A DNA stretch of 64,000 nt from Myxococcota bacterium. Its GTDB lineage: Bacteria; Myxococcota_A; UBA796; JAJRTE01; JBJTQF01. A program made the translations under genes and the position numbers. Position 1 is the first letter of the stretch. The number at the start of each line of letters is the position of its first letter. Location of the stretch: NCBI GenBank assembly GCA_046075485.1, contig JBJTQF010000024.1, positions 2,197-66,196 of the forward strand, read 5' to 3'. The notes beneath the pieces were generated by a model. The model saw only the letters and a program-made list of their open reading frames with translations, was not told where the DNA came from and did no database searches. Shown here in pieces: positions 22,601 to 31,906 of this stretch.

Positions 22601-23614
22601 GACCTGCTGATTGCTGCTCCAGCTTGGCAAGGGGTGGAAAATCCCAACGCAGGGGCTGCTTACCTGGTGCTGGGTCAAGCGGGTCGGCTGGGCACCGTGC
22701 CAGAAGGTCGGGTGATGTTGCGCGACGCCGGAGAACCGTATCCAGCCATGATGAGCTTGGTCAACGCGAGCGTGCGCTTCGAGGGACGTCAATATGATAC
22801 CCTCGGGACGGCGCTGGCGGATCGTGGCGGGGATGTCAACGGAGACGGTTTTGCAGACCTCGTGATGGGTGCGCCCAACCCCGTGGAAGGTGGGCGGGCC
22901 TATGTCTTCTACGGGCGGAAATCGTTTGGCACTTCCAGCACGCGCTTGCTGGTGGGGGTGAGCCAAGCCGATGCCCTGCTCGAAGGAGAGGCTTCAGACC
23001 GAGTGGGTGCGGCAGTGGCCCTGGCGGATCTCGATGACGACGGCTTTGCCGAGGTGATCGTGGGTGCGCCAGACGCTCAGAGTTACGATGGCTCGCTGTT
23101 TTCGTACTCCTCCGGGCGGGTGTCGGTGGTGTTTGGTTCTTCGGCGGGCCTGCCTCCGACGGTGGATCTGTTCTACGCAGAGCTGACCATTGAAGGAGAC
23201 TTGCAGCCGGAACAACTGGGCAGCAGCCTCTCGGCAGGGCAAGACGTCAACGGCGATGGGGTGGAGGATCTCCTGATCGGCGCTCCGGGCTGGAGCACGC
23301 CGGAATGGACCCAGACCAGCTTCCGAGGCCGGGCCTACCTCCTGCTCGGCGGGGATGAGCTTCGCCAGGTCGATTTCCTGCTCAGCCTGTCGTTGGATGC
23401 CTCCTTCGCCGGAGGCACTCAAGGGGCAGCGGTGGCCAGCGATCCCATGAACAGCGACCGCGTGGGAACTCGGGTTGCGCTCGTCGGTGAGCTGTACAAA
23501 CAAACGCAGGATCCGGGTATGTGTTCTGAGATCCTGATCAGCACCCCCTACTTCGACACCACGGTAGAAGATGTGGGTAAGGTCTATCTGATCTCCGGGC
23601 GGGCGCTCCCGTAA
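19610..23614 (+). CDS. Giant surface lipoprotein. It has Ig-like N-terminal modules, then about 14 MopE-type Cys-rich putative metal-binding repeats (CDGxDNDCDG), then C-terminal FG-GAP/integrin-alpha beta-propeller repeats.
   Basis: An AGGAGA RBS sits 5 nt before the ATG at 19610 (MRGSHTHYHIWKFPSILAISGLLTAC-GD lipobox). Repeated units include CDGLDNDCDNQIDKG, CGDRIDNNCNGVIDE, CDGKDNNCDG and CDGRDNDCDGVADDG. FG-GAP motifs include GDVNRDGFLDYAIG, GDINGDGSADFAVGA, GDVNGDGLKDLLIAAP, GDVNGDGFADLVMGAP and QDVNGDGVEDLLIGAP. Confidence 0.75.
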   Translation: MRGSHTHYHIWKFPSILAISGLLTACGDTQIDVVRVPLKAEINTPISGQDYYQGQVVEVVGRIADPNPGGNSTLEEVTVTATLGTVAVTGHPEADGSVRLSLPTQDLVDGDYVVSLSGTRAYNDTDTKAAMASIDLLPNVAPDVSLISPSADTHVYAERETELDFRVSDVETPFNTWSLNLWVDGVLQEVEPAVIPETSDYDARVTIPFQFVEGRQELALEVIDGYGKQVILRDWLDVGPANTPPNPCQILAPSSEMVLQANNEVLLEALVQDADQPANTLTFTWTIGQTVVASGSPSASGYVATELPDGLPPGSVLLSLTAQDELGSLCEDRRTLNVLPPNSAPEVEITYPSSDLGDGAVVTEEDTLLLNVVVRDQQDTSPLATFLSLGGGVPLDDAACALMSSAISPQGLYAYEYRCSVVASRLPVGDAFSIYAYGTDAQGLTAYDRVLIQVRPCVDADGDGYSSCREPGCDDDPKVNPGQAEICDGLDNDCDNQIDKGAIDAPTWYRDYDQDGFGNSAQGVRSCTPISGYTLEGGDCNDQSTQIHPAAQEVCGDRIDNNCNGVIDEAIDADGDGFIACNQDCDDTDPSRFPGNVELCDGKDNNCDGAIPDNERDNDKDGSPACAEACDDDASAYPGHPELCNGKDDDCDGQLPPDELDSDRDGALNCQEPACADDPSKKPDALEVCDGRDNDCDGVADDGLDRDNDGFVPCIVNNQPGDCNDADASIYPGATEKCDGVDSNCDGVVDTDPSYDQDRDGVPVCLNDCNDKDVTVKPGLTESFDGKDNNCDGERDNVLIEVAYDAAFVGEGQRQFAGGAVAGIGDVNRDGFLDYAIGVPRFGTVYQQSSKGTTGNGRVYIFLGDGKKVPSTSDLKSASVYLTGELQEDELGASIVGLGDINGDGSADFAVGARYNRDIFTPNEAMTGAVYVVYGCDSKTDVSCFKPVSVNASSGTTRPDPKELVTSRYSKLQGEQASGLAGSALAPAGDVNGDGLKDLLIAAPAWQGVENPNAGAAYLVLGQAGRLGTVPEGRVMLRDAGEPYPAMMSLVNASVRFEGRQYDTLGTALADRGGDVNGDGFADLVMGAPNPVEGGRAYVFYGRKSFGTSSTRLLVGVSQADALLEGEASDRVGAAVALADLDDDGFAEVIVGAPDAQSYDGSLFSYSSGRVSVVFGSSAGLPPTVDLFYAELTIEGDLQPEQLGSSLSAGQDVNGDGVEDLLIGAPGWSTPEWTQTSFRGRAYLLLGGDELRQVDFLLSLSLDASFAGGTQGAAVASDPMNSDRVGTRVALVGELYKQTQDPGMCSEILISTPYFDTTVEDVGKVYLISGRALP

Positions 23615-23642
23615 GCCGTGGTGAACCTTCATCAGAACAGAG

Positions 23643-23678
23643 ACACCCTCCGCCATCGGCTGAGGGTGTTTTTGTTTG
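23643..23678 (+). terminator. Rho-independent terminator of the FG-GAP/MopE gene
   Basis: An 8-bp perfect stem (ACACCCTC / GAGGGTGT) with a 12-nt loop is followed by TTTTTGTTTG, immediately after the stop at 23614. Confidence 0.6.
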
Positions 23679-23706
23679 GGGGCGGCGTAAAACGGAGAGG
23701 GCTTCC

Positions 23707-23797
23707 AGACCGGTATTCGTTCCAGACCGGTGTTCGTTCCATGCCGGTGTTCGTTCCAGGCTGGTGTTCGTTCCAGGCTGGTGTTCGTTCTAGGCCG
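23707..23797. repeat. 18-bp tandem repeat (consensus CCGGTGTTCGTTCCAGGC) x5 with point variants, lying between convergent gene ends
   Basis: Direct read: accggtattcgttccag accggtgttcgttccatg ccggtgttcgttccaggc tggtgttcgttccaggc tggtgttcgttctaggc. Confidence 0.85.
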
Positions 23798-23833
23798 GAG
23801 TCCTTGTGTGATGCGGGCATACGCGCGTGAGGC

Positions 23834-25969
23834 TCAGGCTTCTTGTTCGGGGGGATGGTACTCTCGCACCACCAGCAGGGAGGTGGGACATTCTTGGATC
23901 AGCAGCTCGGGACGCACGCCGAAGGGACGCTGAGGCAGGCCCCATTCTTCTCCCACCCCGATGATCACCAGATCGTAGCCGGTGCTGGCTTCTTCCAGCA
24001 CACTCTCGAGGGGATCCGGATGACGCAGCACCTTGAGCTCCACTGGACCCCGTCCGTGCTCCGCCGGTTGTTCAAAGATCTCCAGCGTGGGATGCCGTGT
24101 GGTTTCGTCGGGATTCAGCACCCGCTCGGGCTCCACGATGTGCAGCACCACCACATGCGCGCCGGTCGAGGTGTGGAGCTGATGGGCCAGCTTGAGGGCT
24201 GCACGATCATGGGGGCTCTTATAATACGGCACCAGCACCCGCTTGACCTGCACCAGCCCCCGATCAATGAGCACCGCCACGTTGGTACGGGCGGCTTGCA
24301 TCACATCGTAGACCGTTCCGCCCAGCACGGTCTGGCTGAGCACGGGCTTATGCCATCCCAGCAGGACCAGATCGGCCCCTTTCACTTTTGCCACGTTACA
24401 GATGTCTTCTGCCGGAGATGCGGAGACAAATGACAGCGGTCTCACCTCCAAGCCCAGAGTGGCTGCCCGCTCGAGCAGGGGCTTAAAGCCAGCCGACGCC
24501 TGCTCCGCCACCGAGTCGGAGTTGAGATAAAACGAAGTGCGGTCGGTGGGCACCACGAGCTGGAGGGCGTAAAGTCTCGCACGCGCCTGACCTTCGCCGC
24601 TGAGCGCACGGGCCAACAAGACCATGCTGGGCCCCGAGCCTGAATAGGCCACACACATCAGCAGGGTAAAGTTGGAGGGTGTTGGCTGTGGAGTCTGTTT
24701 GTCCTCCGCTTCCAGCAAGGCTTTGGTCTGAAGCTCGGGTGGATAGATCCAGCGCAGCAGCGGCGTGGTGATCACCGTGGTGAAGAGGGCCATCAGCACC
24801 ATCATGGTGAATACTTTGGGGGTGATCACCCCCAGATCGAGCCCGATGTTGAGCACGATCAGCTCCATCAGTCCCCGGGTATTCATCAGCACCCCGATGG
24901 CACTGGATTCTCGCCAGGGAATGCCGGTCAGCCGCGCTGCCAGGGTGCTTCCGCCAAATTTTCCCACACAGGCCAAGAAGATGATGCCTGCACACACCAG
25001 CCAGTCTTGTGGTTCGTTGAGCAGTCCCACATGCGTGCGTAAGCCACTGTAAGCAAAAAAGAGGGGCAGCAGCAGCACCACCACAAAGTCTTCGAGCTTT
25101 TCGGTCAGCGCCTCGGAGAAACCGCCCTGACGAGGCATGATCGCCCCAAACAAGAACGCACCAAAGAGCGCGTGGATGCCGATCAGCTCCGTGGCCATCG
25201 CCGAGAGCAGCAGCAGCAGAAAAGTCACCGCCACTGCATTTTGCGTCAGGCTCTCGCGGGAGCTGGTCCGAGCCGCCAGCCTTGCCAAAAAGGGCCGCAC
25301 CACGGCCCACATCACCGCGATATACCCCAGCGCCAGCAGGGTGGTCCACACCGCCTGCATCACCCCCGCCGAGCGCACAATGGACACCACAAACGCCAAC
25401 AAACACCACGCGGTCACATCGTCTACCGCCGCACAGGTGATAGCCAGAGCCCCCACTCGAGTCTGGAGAAGCTGCCGCTCACTCAAGATACGCGCGAGCA
25501 CTGGAAACGCGGTGATGGACATGGCCGCCCCCATAAAGAGGGCAAAGGAGGTAAAAGGTACGTCCGGGCTGGCCATCGATGGATAGATCAGGTAGGCCAG
25601 CGTTCCGCCGAGGGCAAACGGGACCGCAATGCCCGACTGACTAATCGCCACCGAGCTTTTGCCCAACCCCTTGAGCAGGTTGATATCAAGCTCCAGCCCG
25701 ATCAAAAACATAAAGAAGGTCAGCCCAAGCTGACTGACCAGTCCCAGCACCGGCATTGACGAAGGCGGAAAAATAAGCGCGGCTTGCTCTGGAAAAAGCC
25801 AGCCCAAAAGGGAGGGCCCCAGTAGAATGCCCGCCGCCACTTCCGCGATGACCAGCGGCTGGTTGATGCGCTTGGCCACCAATCCCAGAATTCGGGCAAG
25901 TCCCACCACCATGATTGCCTGAATAAAAAACAGCGGGAGTGGACCGTGGGCAACCAACGCTTGGATCAT
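23834..25969 (-). CDS. CPA2-family monovalent cation:proton antiporter (Kef/NhaP-like) fused to tandem universal stress protein (UspA) domains
   Basis: A GGGAG RBS sits 7 nt before the ATG at 25969 (MIQALVAHG...). The CPA2 signature AGILLGPSLLG is present, with about 12 TM helices. The C-terminal ~280 aa carry two USP-like modules (VLVPYYKSPHDRAALKLA...VVVLHIV; DLVIIGVG). The track ORF begins at an upstream TTG (26038). Confidence 0.75.
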   Translation of the reverse strand: MIQALVAHGPLPLFFIQAIMVVGLARILGLVAKRINQPLVIAEVAAGILLGPSLLGWLFPEQAALIFPPSSMPVLGLVSQLGLTFFMFLIGLELDINLLKGLGKSSVAISQSGIAVPFALGGTLAYLIYPSMASPDVPFTSFALFMGAAMSITAFPVLARILSERQLLQTRVGALAITCAAVDDVTAWCLLAFVVSIVRSAGVMQAVWTTLLALGYIAVMWAVVRPFLARLAARTSSRESLTQNAVAVTFLLLLLSAMATELIGIHALFGAFLFGAIMPRQGGFSEALTEKLEDFVVVLLLPLFFAYSGLRTHVGLLNEPQDWLVCAGIIFLACVGKFGGSTLAARLTGIPWRESSAIGVLMNTRGLMELIVLNIGLDLGVITPKVFTMMVLMALFTTVITTPLLRWIYPPELQTKALLEAEDKQTPQPTPSNFTLLMCVAYSGSGPSMVLLARALSGEGQARARLYALQLVVPTDRTSFYLNSDSVAEQASAGFKPLLERAATLGLEVRPLSFVSASPAEDICNVAKVKGADLVLLGWHKPVLSQTVLGGTVYDVMQAARTNVAVLIDRGLVQVKRVLVPYYKSPHDRAALKLAHQLHTSTGAHVVVLHIVEPERVLNPDETTRHPTLEIFEQPAEHGRGPVELKVLRHPDPLESVLEEASTGYDLVIIGVGEEWGLPQRPFGVRPELLIQECPTSLLVVREYHPPEQEA

Positions 25970-26326
25970 GAGCAGGCTCCCGTGGTGTGAACGGAAGAAG
26001 CGAAAGAAATCAAGACATGCAAGAGGTAGCAGGATCAAAAGCTGGTGTCAATCTCCCAGTCCGATTTGAGTGAGACATTGACATATGAATAATATAGAAC
26101 GATCTGACTGTGATGTCCGTGAGCGCGTTTTTTGTTGCTAGAAGCTCACACCCGTGTGCCAACAGACCCCTTCGGTCAACAGCGGGCCTTCCATCCCTCA
26201 AAAGCCCCTCCCACACGCAGCGATAAAATCCCGCGTACCTCAAAAAAATTGTAGTTTACCTTACAGAACCTTCTTGAGCTTCGTCCAGACTTACGTTACA
26301 AACCAGCCATCTGCTAAAGGAGACGT

Positions 26327-27304
26327 ATGAAGCTGGCCACACTACGAAATGGGTCTCGAGACGGTCAATTGATCGTGGTCTCACGAGATCTTCAGAGTTA
26401 TACCTCGGCGCAGGATCTGGCGCCGACCCTTCAAGCGGCCCTCGACGACTGGGCGCGATTTGAGCCGCTCCTTCTCACGCGCGCGGATGAGCTCGCGCAA
26501 GGACAGGGAGAGATCCACCCGCTGGATCCCGCTGCGCTGATGGCACCCCTCCCGCGCTCGTATGAGTGGGTGGATGGCTCGGCCTATATTAATCACATCG
26601 TGCTGGTGCGCAAAGCACGAGGGGCGGAGCCTCCTGCCACCCTGTTGACCGATCCGCTGGTCTATCAAGGCGGAGGCAGCACACACCTCGGACCCACCGA
26701 CGACATCCCTCTGGGAGATGAAGCCTGGGGCTGTGACTTTGAAGCGGAAGTGTGTGTGATCTTGGGAGATACCCCCGAGGGGGTGAAGGCCAGCGATGCC
26801 GCGTCGTATGTGCGTCTGGTGCTGTTGGCCAACGACGTCAGCTTGCGGAACCTGATCCCCGATGAGCTGGCCAAAGGGTTTGGATTTTTCCAGGGAAAAC
26901 CTGCGACCGCGTTTTCACCGGTGGCTGTGACCCTCGACGAGCTGGGTGAGCACTGGAAAGACGGTCGGCTGCATCTGCGGATGTGTAGCTGGCTCAACGG
27001 GGAGCTGGTGGGTGATCCCGAAGCGGGTCCAGAGATGCACTTCTCGTTTTATGAGCTGATTCAGCATATCACCAAAACACGCGCCTTTGGTGCGGGCACA
27101 ATCTTGGGATCGGGAACGGTGTCCAACCGGGATCGGTCGCGGGGCATCTCGTGTCTGGCGGAGCGGCGGATGTTGGAGATCCTCGACACCGGCAAGCCCT
27201 CCACTCCTTTTATGAAGTATGGAGATCGGATCGAGATCGGTGTTCACGACCGTGAAGGACATGACATCTTTGGACACATTCAGCAGAAGGTGGTGCGGCG
27301 ATGA
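26327..27304 (+). CDS. Fumarylacetoacetate hydrolase (FAH) family protein. It is the candidate terminal hydrolase of the homogentisate pathway.
   Basis: An AAAGGAGA RBS precedes the start. The N-terminus MKLATLRNGSRDGQLIVVSRDL is typical of the family. The FAH-fold region is around GDEAWGCDFEAEVCVILG...GTILGSGTVSN. Its stop overlaps the next start as ATGA. Confidence 0.75.
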   Translation: MKLATLRNGSRDGQLIVVSRDLQSYTSAQDLAPTLQAALDDWARFEPLLLTRADELAQGQGEIHPLDPAALMAPLPRSYEWVDGSAYINHIVLVRKARGAEPPATLLTDPLVYQGGGSTHLGPTDDIPLGDEAWGCDFEAEVCVILGDTPEGVKASDAASYVRLVLLANDVSLRNLIPDELAKGFGFFQGKPATAFSPVAVTLDELGEHWKDGRLHLRMCSWLNGELVGDPEAGPEMHFSFYELIQHITKTRAFGAGTILGSGTVSNRDRSRGISCLAERRMLEILDTGKPSTPFMKYGDRIEIGVHDREGHDIFGHIQQKVVRR

Positions 27305-27972
27305 ACCAAAACCTAGATTCGGTGTATATCCTTCATAATTACTGGCGCAGCTCCGCCTCATGGCGTGTGCGGATTGTGCTTCACCACAAGGGCATTGCCT
27401 TTGAATATGTGTCGGTGCATCTGATAAAAGAGGGTGGAAAGCAGTTCTCAGCGGAGTACGAGGCCCTCAATCCGATGAAGCAGGTGCCTACGTTGGAGCA
27501 GCGCCTGCCTTCCGGGGAGCGGTTTTTGCTCGGTCAGTCCGTGGCCATCATGGAATACCTGGAGGAGCAGCATCCTGAGCCTGCCCTCCTGCCTGCCGAT
27601 GCGCGGGGGCGAGCGGTGGTGCGTCAGCTCGTGGAGACCATCAACTCCGGCATTCAGCCGCTTCAGAATTTGTCGGTGATGGCCAAAGTGCGTGAAGATT
27701 ATCAAGGAGATGCGGGCGCTTGGACCCGCTACTGGGTGGCGCGGGGGCTCAAAGCCTTGGAAGCGGAAGTGCAGCAGACCGCTGGCCTGTATTGTTACGG
27801 TGATCAGGTGACGTTGGCCGATGCGTGTTTGGTGCCTCAACTGGGTGCCTCGCAGCGTTTTGGGGTGGACTTGACCCCTTTTCCGACCCTGGTGGCCATC
27901 GGAGCGCGCTGTCAAGCCCTCGAGTCCTTTCAGAAATCCCATCCCGCCGTGCAGGTGGATGCGGAAGTTTGA
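27301..27972 (+). CDS. maiA: Maleylacetoacetate isomerase (GST zeta class)
   Basis: Motifs LHNYWRSSASWRVRIVLHHKGIAF, ALNPMKQVPTL and a GST C-terminal fold. Confidence 0.8.
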   Translation: MNQNLDSVYILHNYWRSSASWRVRIVLHHKGIAFEYVSVHLIKEGGKQFSAEYEALNPMKQVPTLEQRLPSGERFLLGQSVAIMEYLEEQHPEPALLPADARGRAVVRQLVETINSGIQPLQNLSVMAKVREDYQGDAGAWTRYWVARGLKALEAEVQQTAGLYCYGDQVTLADACLVPQLGASQRFGVDLTPFPTLVAIGARCQALESFQKSHPAVQVDAEV

Positions 27973-28142
27973 GCCGCGTGCCATCCTCCGCACCACGCTT
28001 GAGGCCCTTTCTGTGGGGCTCCGCCGGTGCTGGAAGGGAATGAATGGCCGCCGCTTGGACCTTTTGAGCTCGCAGTTATTAATGTAGGCCCTGAAATGCA
28101 GCCCTCGGAACATCCTCTGATCAGGCTGAAACGGAGTGAGAC

Positions 28143-29291
28143 ATGGCAAAAGAATCCCTTGGCATCAAGAGAGTGGAATCCATTCACTATTATGTTCACG
28201 ATCTGGAGCGTAGCCGCGCTTTCTACACCAAAAAGTTGGATTTCGCAGAGATCGGCCACTCAACCCCCGCACTGGAGGCCGAAGGCAAGCAGCGCTCGGC
28301 GATTTTTCAGGCGGGAGATCTGACCATGATCTGCTCTCAGCCCTTGGGAGAGGGGTCGCGGGCGGCGCGATATCTGCGGAAACATCCGGCGGGGATTGGC
28401 ACCTTGATCTTTGAAGTGGACGAGATCGAGCGGGCGTTTAAGCTGCTGGATAAACGAGGTGCGACCTTTATCTCCGACATTATGCGTTTTGAAGACGAGC
28501 ATGGCCAGCTTGCGGTGTTTAACATCACCACCCCATTTGGAGATACCACGTTCCGTTTTGTGCAGCGCACGGGATATAAGCCGCTGTTTCCGGGCGTGGA
28601 GCACTACGAGACACCTCGAGGCGGGCAGAATCGTTTTGGGATTGGTGCGGTGGATCACGTCACATCCAACTTCCAGACCATGCGACCTGCCTTGTTGTGG
28701 ATGGAGCATGTGATGGGGTTCGAGAAGTACTGGCAGATTGAGTTTCACACCGAAGACGTGGCCAGTGGTGCCGATCATGGCTCGGGCCTGCGCTCGGAGG
28801 TGATGTGGGATCCGAGCTCTGGCACCAAGTTTGCCAACAACGAGCCATATCGGCCCTTCTTTAAGTCCAGCCAGATCAACATCTTCAACGAAGATCATCG
28901 GGGTGATGGCGTACAGCACATTGCGTTGACCGTCAAAGACATCATCTCGACCGTTCGGGCCCTGCGTGGAACCGGCGTTGAGTTTATGCCGACGCTTGGA
29001 AGTTATTATGACGCCATGCCGGAGCGTCTGCGGAAGATCGGTGTGAACCAGATCGACGAAGACATCAACGTCCTGCGGGAGCTGGAGATCTTGGTGGATG
29101 GCGACCGTGACCATTCTTATCTGCTCCAGATCTTTATGAAAGATGCGGCCTCCCTCTATCGTCGGCCCGAGGCGGGACCCTTCTTCTTTGAGCTGATCCA
29201 GCGTAAAGGCGATGAGGGCTTTGGAGGTGGAAACTTCCGGGCTCTGTTTGAGTCGATTGAGACCCAGCACAAGCGCGAAGGACGGATCTAA
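28143..29291 (+). CDS. hppD: 4-hydroxyphenylpyruvate dioxygenase
   Basis: Two vicinal-oxygen-chelate (VOC) modules. The C-terminal signature is FFFELIQRKGDEGFGGGNFRALFESIE. The iron ligands are HIAL..D and E in conserved positions. Confidence 0.85.
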   Translation: MAKESLGIKRVESIHYYVHDLERSRAFYTKKLDFAEIGHSTPALEAEGKQRSAIFQAGDLTMICSQPLGEGSRAARYLRKHPAGIGTLIFEVDEIERAFKLLDKRGATFISDIMRFEDEHGQLAVFNITTPFGDTTFRFVQRTGYKPLFPGVEHYETPRGGQNRFGIGAVDHVTSNFQTMRPALLWMEHVMGFEKYWQIEFHTEDVASGADHGSGLRSEVMWDPSSGTKFANNEPYRPFFKSSQINIFNEDHRGDGVQHIALTVKDIISTVRALRGTGVEFMPTLGSYYDAMPERLRKIGVNQIDEDINVLRELEILVDGDRDHSYLLQIFMKDAASLYRRPEAGPFFFELIQRKGDEGFGGGNFRALFESIETQHKREGRI

Positions 29292-29293
29292 CG

Positions 29294-30457
29294 ATGCTTG
29301 ACCGCATGAGTCTGGGGGAGATGCCCCGCAAACATCATCTGGTTTTTCGTGGAGCCGACGGGCAGCTTCGCTTTGAGCATTGCATCACCCGTGAAGGATT
29401 TGATGGACCCTATACCATCAGCTATCACGAGCACGAGCCGCACACCCCCCGGCTGGAGAAAACCCGGCATGTGTTTCCGCTGCCGGAGCTGGCCATGCCG
29501 GAGACGCTGGCGCGGCGGCACTATCTGACGGGGAAGCTGGCCCAAGCGCAGCAGCAGGGGGACAGTTTTCAGACCCGCGTGCCCTTGCTGTTTAACCCGG
29601 ACGTGGTGATTGGGATCCTGTTTCCGACGGAACCGGATGCCTTTTACTATGCCAACGGCGACGGCGACGATCTGTATTATATCCACGAAGGGGGCGGCCT
29701 TCTCCGCACGATATTGGGGGATGTGACATTTTCAGCACAGAATTATGTCTTTGTGCCAAAGGGAATCCTGCATCGCTTCATTCCCACCCCCGGTATCCCT
29801 CAGCACTGGCTCTCCTTTGAGCTCTTCGGCGGCTTACACTTCCCCCGTCAGTTCCGCAACGATGTGGGCCAGCTTCGTATGGATGCGCCTTTTTGCCATC
29901 GGGACTTTATTCGGCCTGCCTTTCAAGGGCCGATGGACGAAGGCATCCGTCAGATCGTGGTCAAGCGTCAGGGATTTCATGGTTATGAAGCCCTGCACTC
30001 CCCGCTGGACGAGGTGGGCTGGGATGGTACGGTGTATCCGTGGGCTTTCCCGATCCTCAACTTCCAGCCGAGAGCGGGCCAGGTGCATCTCCCACCCACG
30101 TTGCACGGCACGTTTGCGGCGCGTGGGGCGTTGGTGTGTAGTTTTGTGCCCCGTATGGTGGATTTCCATCCCGAGGCCATCCCTTGTCCTTATCCACATT
30201 CGTCGGTGGACTGTGACGAGTTTATCTTCTACTGTCACGGCAACTTTACCAGTCGTCGAGGCGTAGGACCGGGTTCGGTGTCCTTTCATCCGGCGGGTGT
30301 TCCGCACGGACCTCATCCGGGTGCATACGAGCGTAGCATTGGCCATCAGCGCACCGAAGAGCTGGCGGTGATGCTCGACACCTTTAAGCCGCTCCAGCCG
30401 ACTCCCTTTGCGCTGGGCATCGAGCAGGCGGCGTATCATCACAGCTTTATTCCGTGA
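29294..30457 (+). CDS. hmgA: Homogentisate 1,2-dioxygenase (short bacterial form)
   Basis: At 387 aa it has a cupin core. It resembles the short HmgA found in some Firmicutes and deltaproteobacteria (...YYANGDGDDLYYIHEGGG...FELFGG...HPAGVPHGPHPG). It sits directly downstream of hppD. Confidence 0.7.
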   Translation: MLDRMSLGEMPRKHHLVFRGADGQLRFEHCITREGFDGPYTISYHEHEPHTPRLEKTRHVFPLPELAMPETLARRHYLTGKLAQAQQQGDSFQTRVPLLFNPDVVIGILFPTEPDAFYYANGDGDDLYYIHEGGGLLRTILGDVTFSAQNYVFVPKGILHRFIPTPGIPQHWLSFELFGGLHFPRQFRNDVGQLRMDAPFCHRDFIRPAFQGPMDEGIRQIVVKRQGFHGYEALHSPLDEVGWDGTVYPWAFPILNFQPRAGQVHLPPTLHGTFAARGALVCSFVPRMVDFHPEAIPCPYPHSSVDCDEFIFYCHGNFTSRRGVGPGSVSFHPAGVPHGPHPGAYERSIGHQRTEELAVMLDTFKPLQPTPFALGIEQAAYHHSFIP

Positions 30458-30658
30458 GCGTTGCACTGCTGCCCGTGTTTTGACCGCTGCCCATCCGCGC
30501 GTGTGATGCGGGATCTGAGTCCTTCTCGGACCCGTCTCTCCCAAATTTCTGACACTGCCTGAATTTTCCTGCCCCGTCGCTTGTAAAAGTGGGACAACGC
30601 CTTAACAGGCGGGTGCATCCATGTCATTCTTCCTGGCAATCATCTTGAGCAAGGAGCC

Positions 30659-31906
30659 TTGAGCATGGACAACCTGACCCACGCCCTGATCGGTGTGTTG
30701 ATTTCCCATTCGTTGGTGAAGCGCCGTGACCTACGCACCGCTGCCACCTGGATCGGCGTGTTGGCCTCCAATCTGCCGGACATCGACCTGGTGACCCATC
30801 CCCTCTTTGAAGATGCCAAGCTGGGATATCTGGTGCATCACCGAGGGCATACCCACACCATTCCGGTGGCGCTCCTGCTCTTGCCGCTGGCGATGTGGGC
30901 AGGGCTGTTGATCGGTCGGCTGAGCTGGCCCAAGCTCGACACCGACGCGCGGCGGGCGTTGCTGAGTGTGGGGATCGTGAGTGTGCTGCTGCACATGGGG
31001 GCCGATGCTTGGAACAACTATGGGGTGCATCCCTTCTGGCCCTTCTGGTCTGACTGGATCTATGGCGACTTCATCTTCATCATTGAGCCGATGTTGTGGG
31101 CAGTGATGTTGCCATACGCCATCTGGACCGCTTCAAGTCGTTGGGGAAAGCTGGGCTGGAGCTTGCCCATGCTGGGCATCTTGGGCGTGCTCTGGACCTT
31201 GCCGGGCCTCACCACCCTGGCAGCGCTGCTGACCACGGGGCTGACGGTGGTGAGTGTGGGCGTGCAGGCGCGACAACGCTCAGCGGAGCTGGCCCTGATC
31301 ATGGTGCTGAGTGTGCTCTCGATGTTCGGGTGGGGCTCTCATACGGCGGAGCAGCGCATCGTGGCCCATCACGCCGCCATTGCTCCCCGCGAGACCTTTG
31401 TGGATCTCTCGTTGACCCCGGTGCCTGCCATGCCCCTGTGTTGGCAGTTTGTATTGCAGTCGCGCACCCCGGAGCAGGAGGTGGTGCAGCGTCTGGGCCA
31501 TCTGAGTCTCAACGTGGGGCTGCTGAAGGCGGAGTCCTGTGCATTTCGTACCGGTGAAGCAAGAACAGTGCAGCTTCAGCCGCTCCGTGAGCCGACGATG
31601 GAAGGTCTGCAATGGCTGGGAGGCGTGCGGTTGCCGCTCGAACCTCTGTTGAAGCAGGCGCAGACAGACTGTCGTGTGGAAGCGATGTTATTCTTTACCC
31701 GCATGCCTTTCTGGCAGGTGGAGGGTGAAGCGCTGGTGATGGGAGATCTGCGCTACGACCTGGAGCCAGCGCTGGGTTTTTCTGAGCTGAAGCTGGACGC
31801 AGCAGCTCAGCCTTCGGACTGTGAGCGTTATCGGGCGGCCTGGATTCCCCCGGCGGTGCAGGATCTGGCGGCTCAAGTGCGTACCCAAACGAAGGGGGCG
31901 CCTTAA
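30659..31906 (+). CDS. Membrane-bound metal-dependent hydrolase of the YdjM/DUF457 family, with a ~230-aa C-terminal extension
   Basis: The N-terminus LTHALIGVLI...LPDIDLVTHP...HHRGHTHT matches the YdjM motif pattern. Several TM helices follow, and the C-terminal half is soluble and unrecognised. Confidence 0.55.
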   Translation: MSMDNLTHALIGVLISHSLVKRRDLRTAATWIGVLASNLPDIDLVTHPLFEDAKLGYLVHHRGHTHTIPVALLLLPLAMWAGLLIGRLSWPKLDTDARRALLSVGIVSVLLHMGADAWNNYGVHPFWPFWSDWIYGDFIFIIEPMLWAVMLPYAIWTASSRWGKLGWSLPMLGILGVLWTLPGLTTLAALLTTGLTVVSVGVQARQRSAELALIMVLSVLSMFGWGSHTAEQRIVAHHAAIAPRETFVDLSLTPVPAMPLCWQFVLQSRTPEQEVVQRLGHLSLNVGLLKAESCAFRTGEARTVQLQPLREPTMEGLQWLGGVRLPLEPLLKQAQTDCRVEAMLFFTRMPFWQVEGEALVMGDLRYDLEPALGFSELKLDAAAQPSDCERYRAAWIPPAVQDLAAQVRTQTKGAP

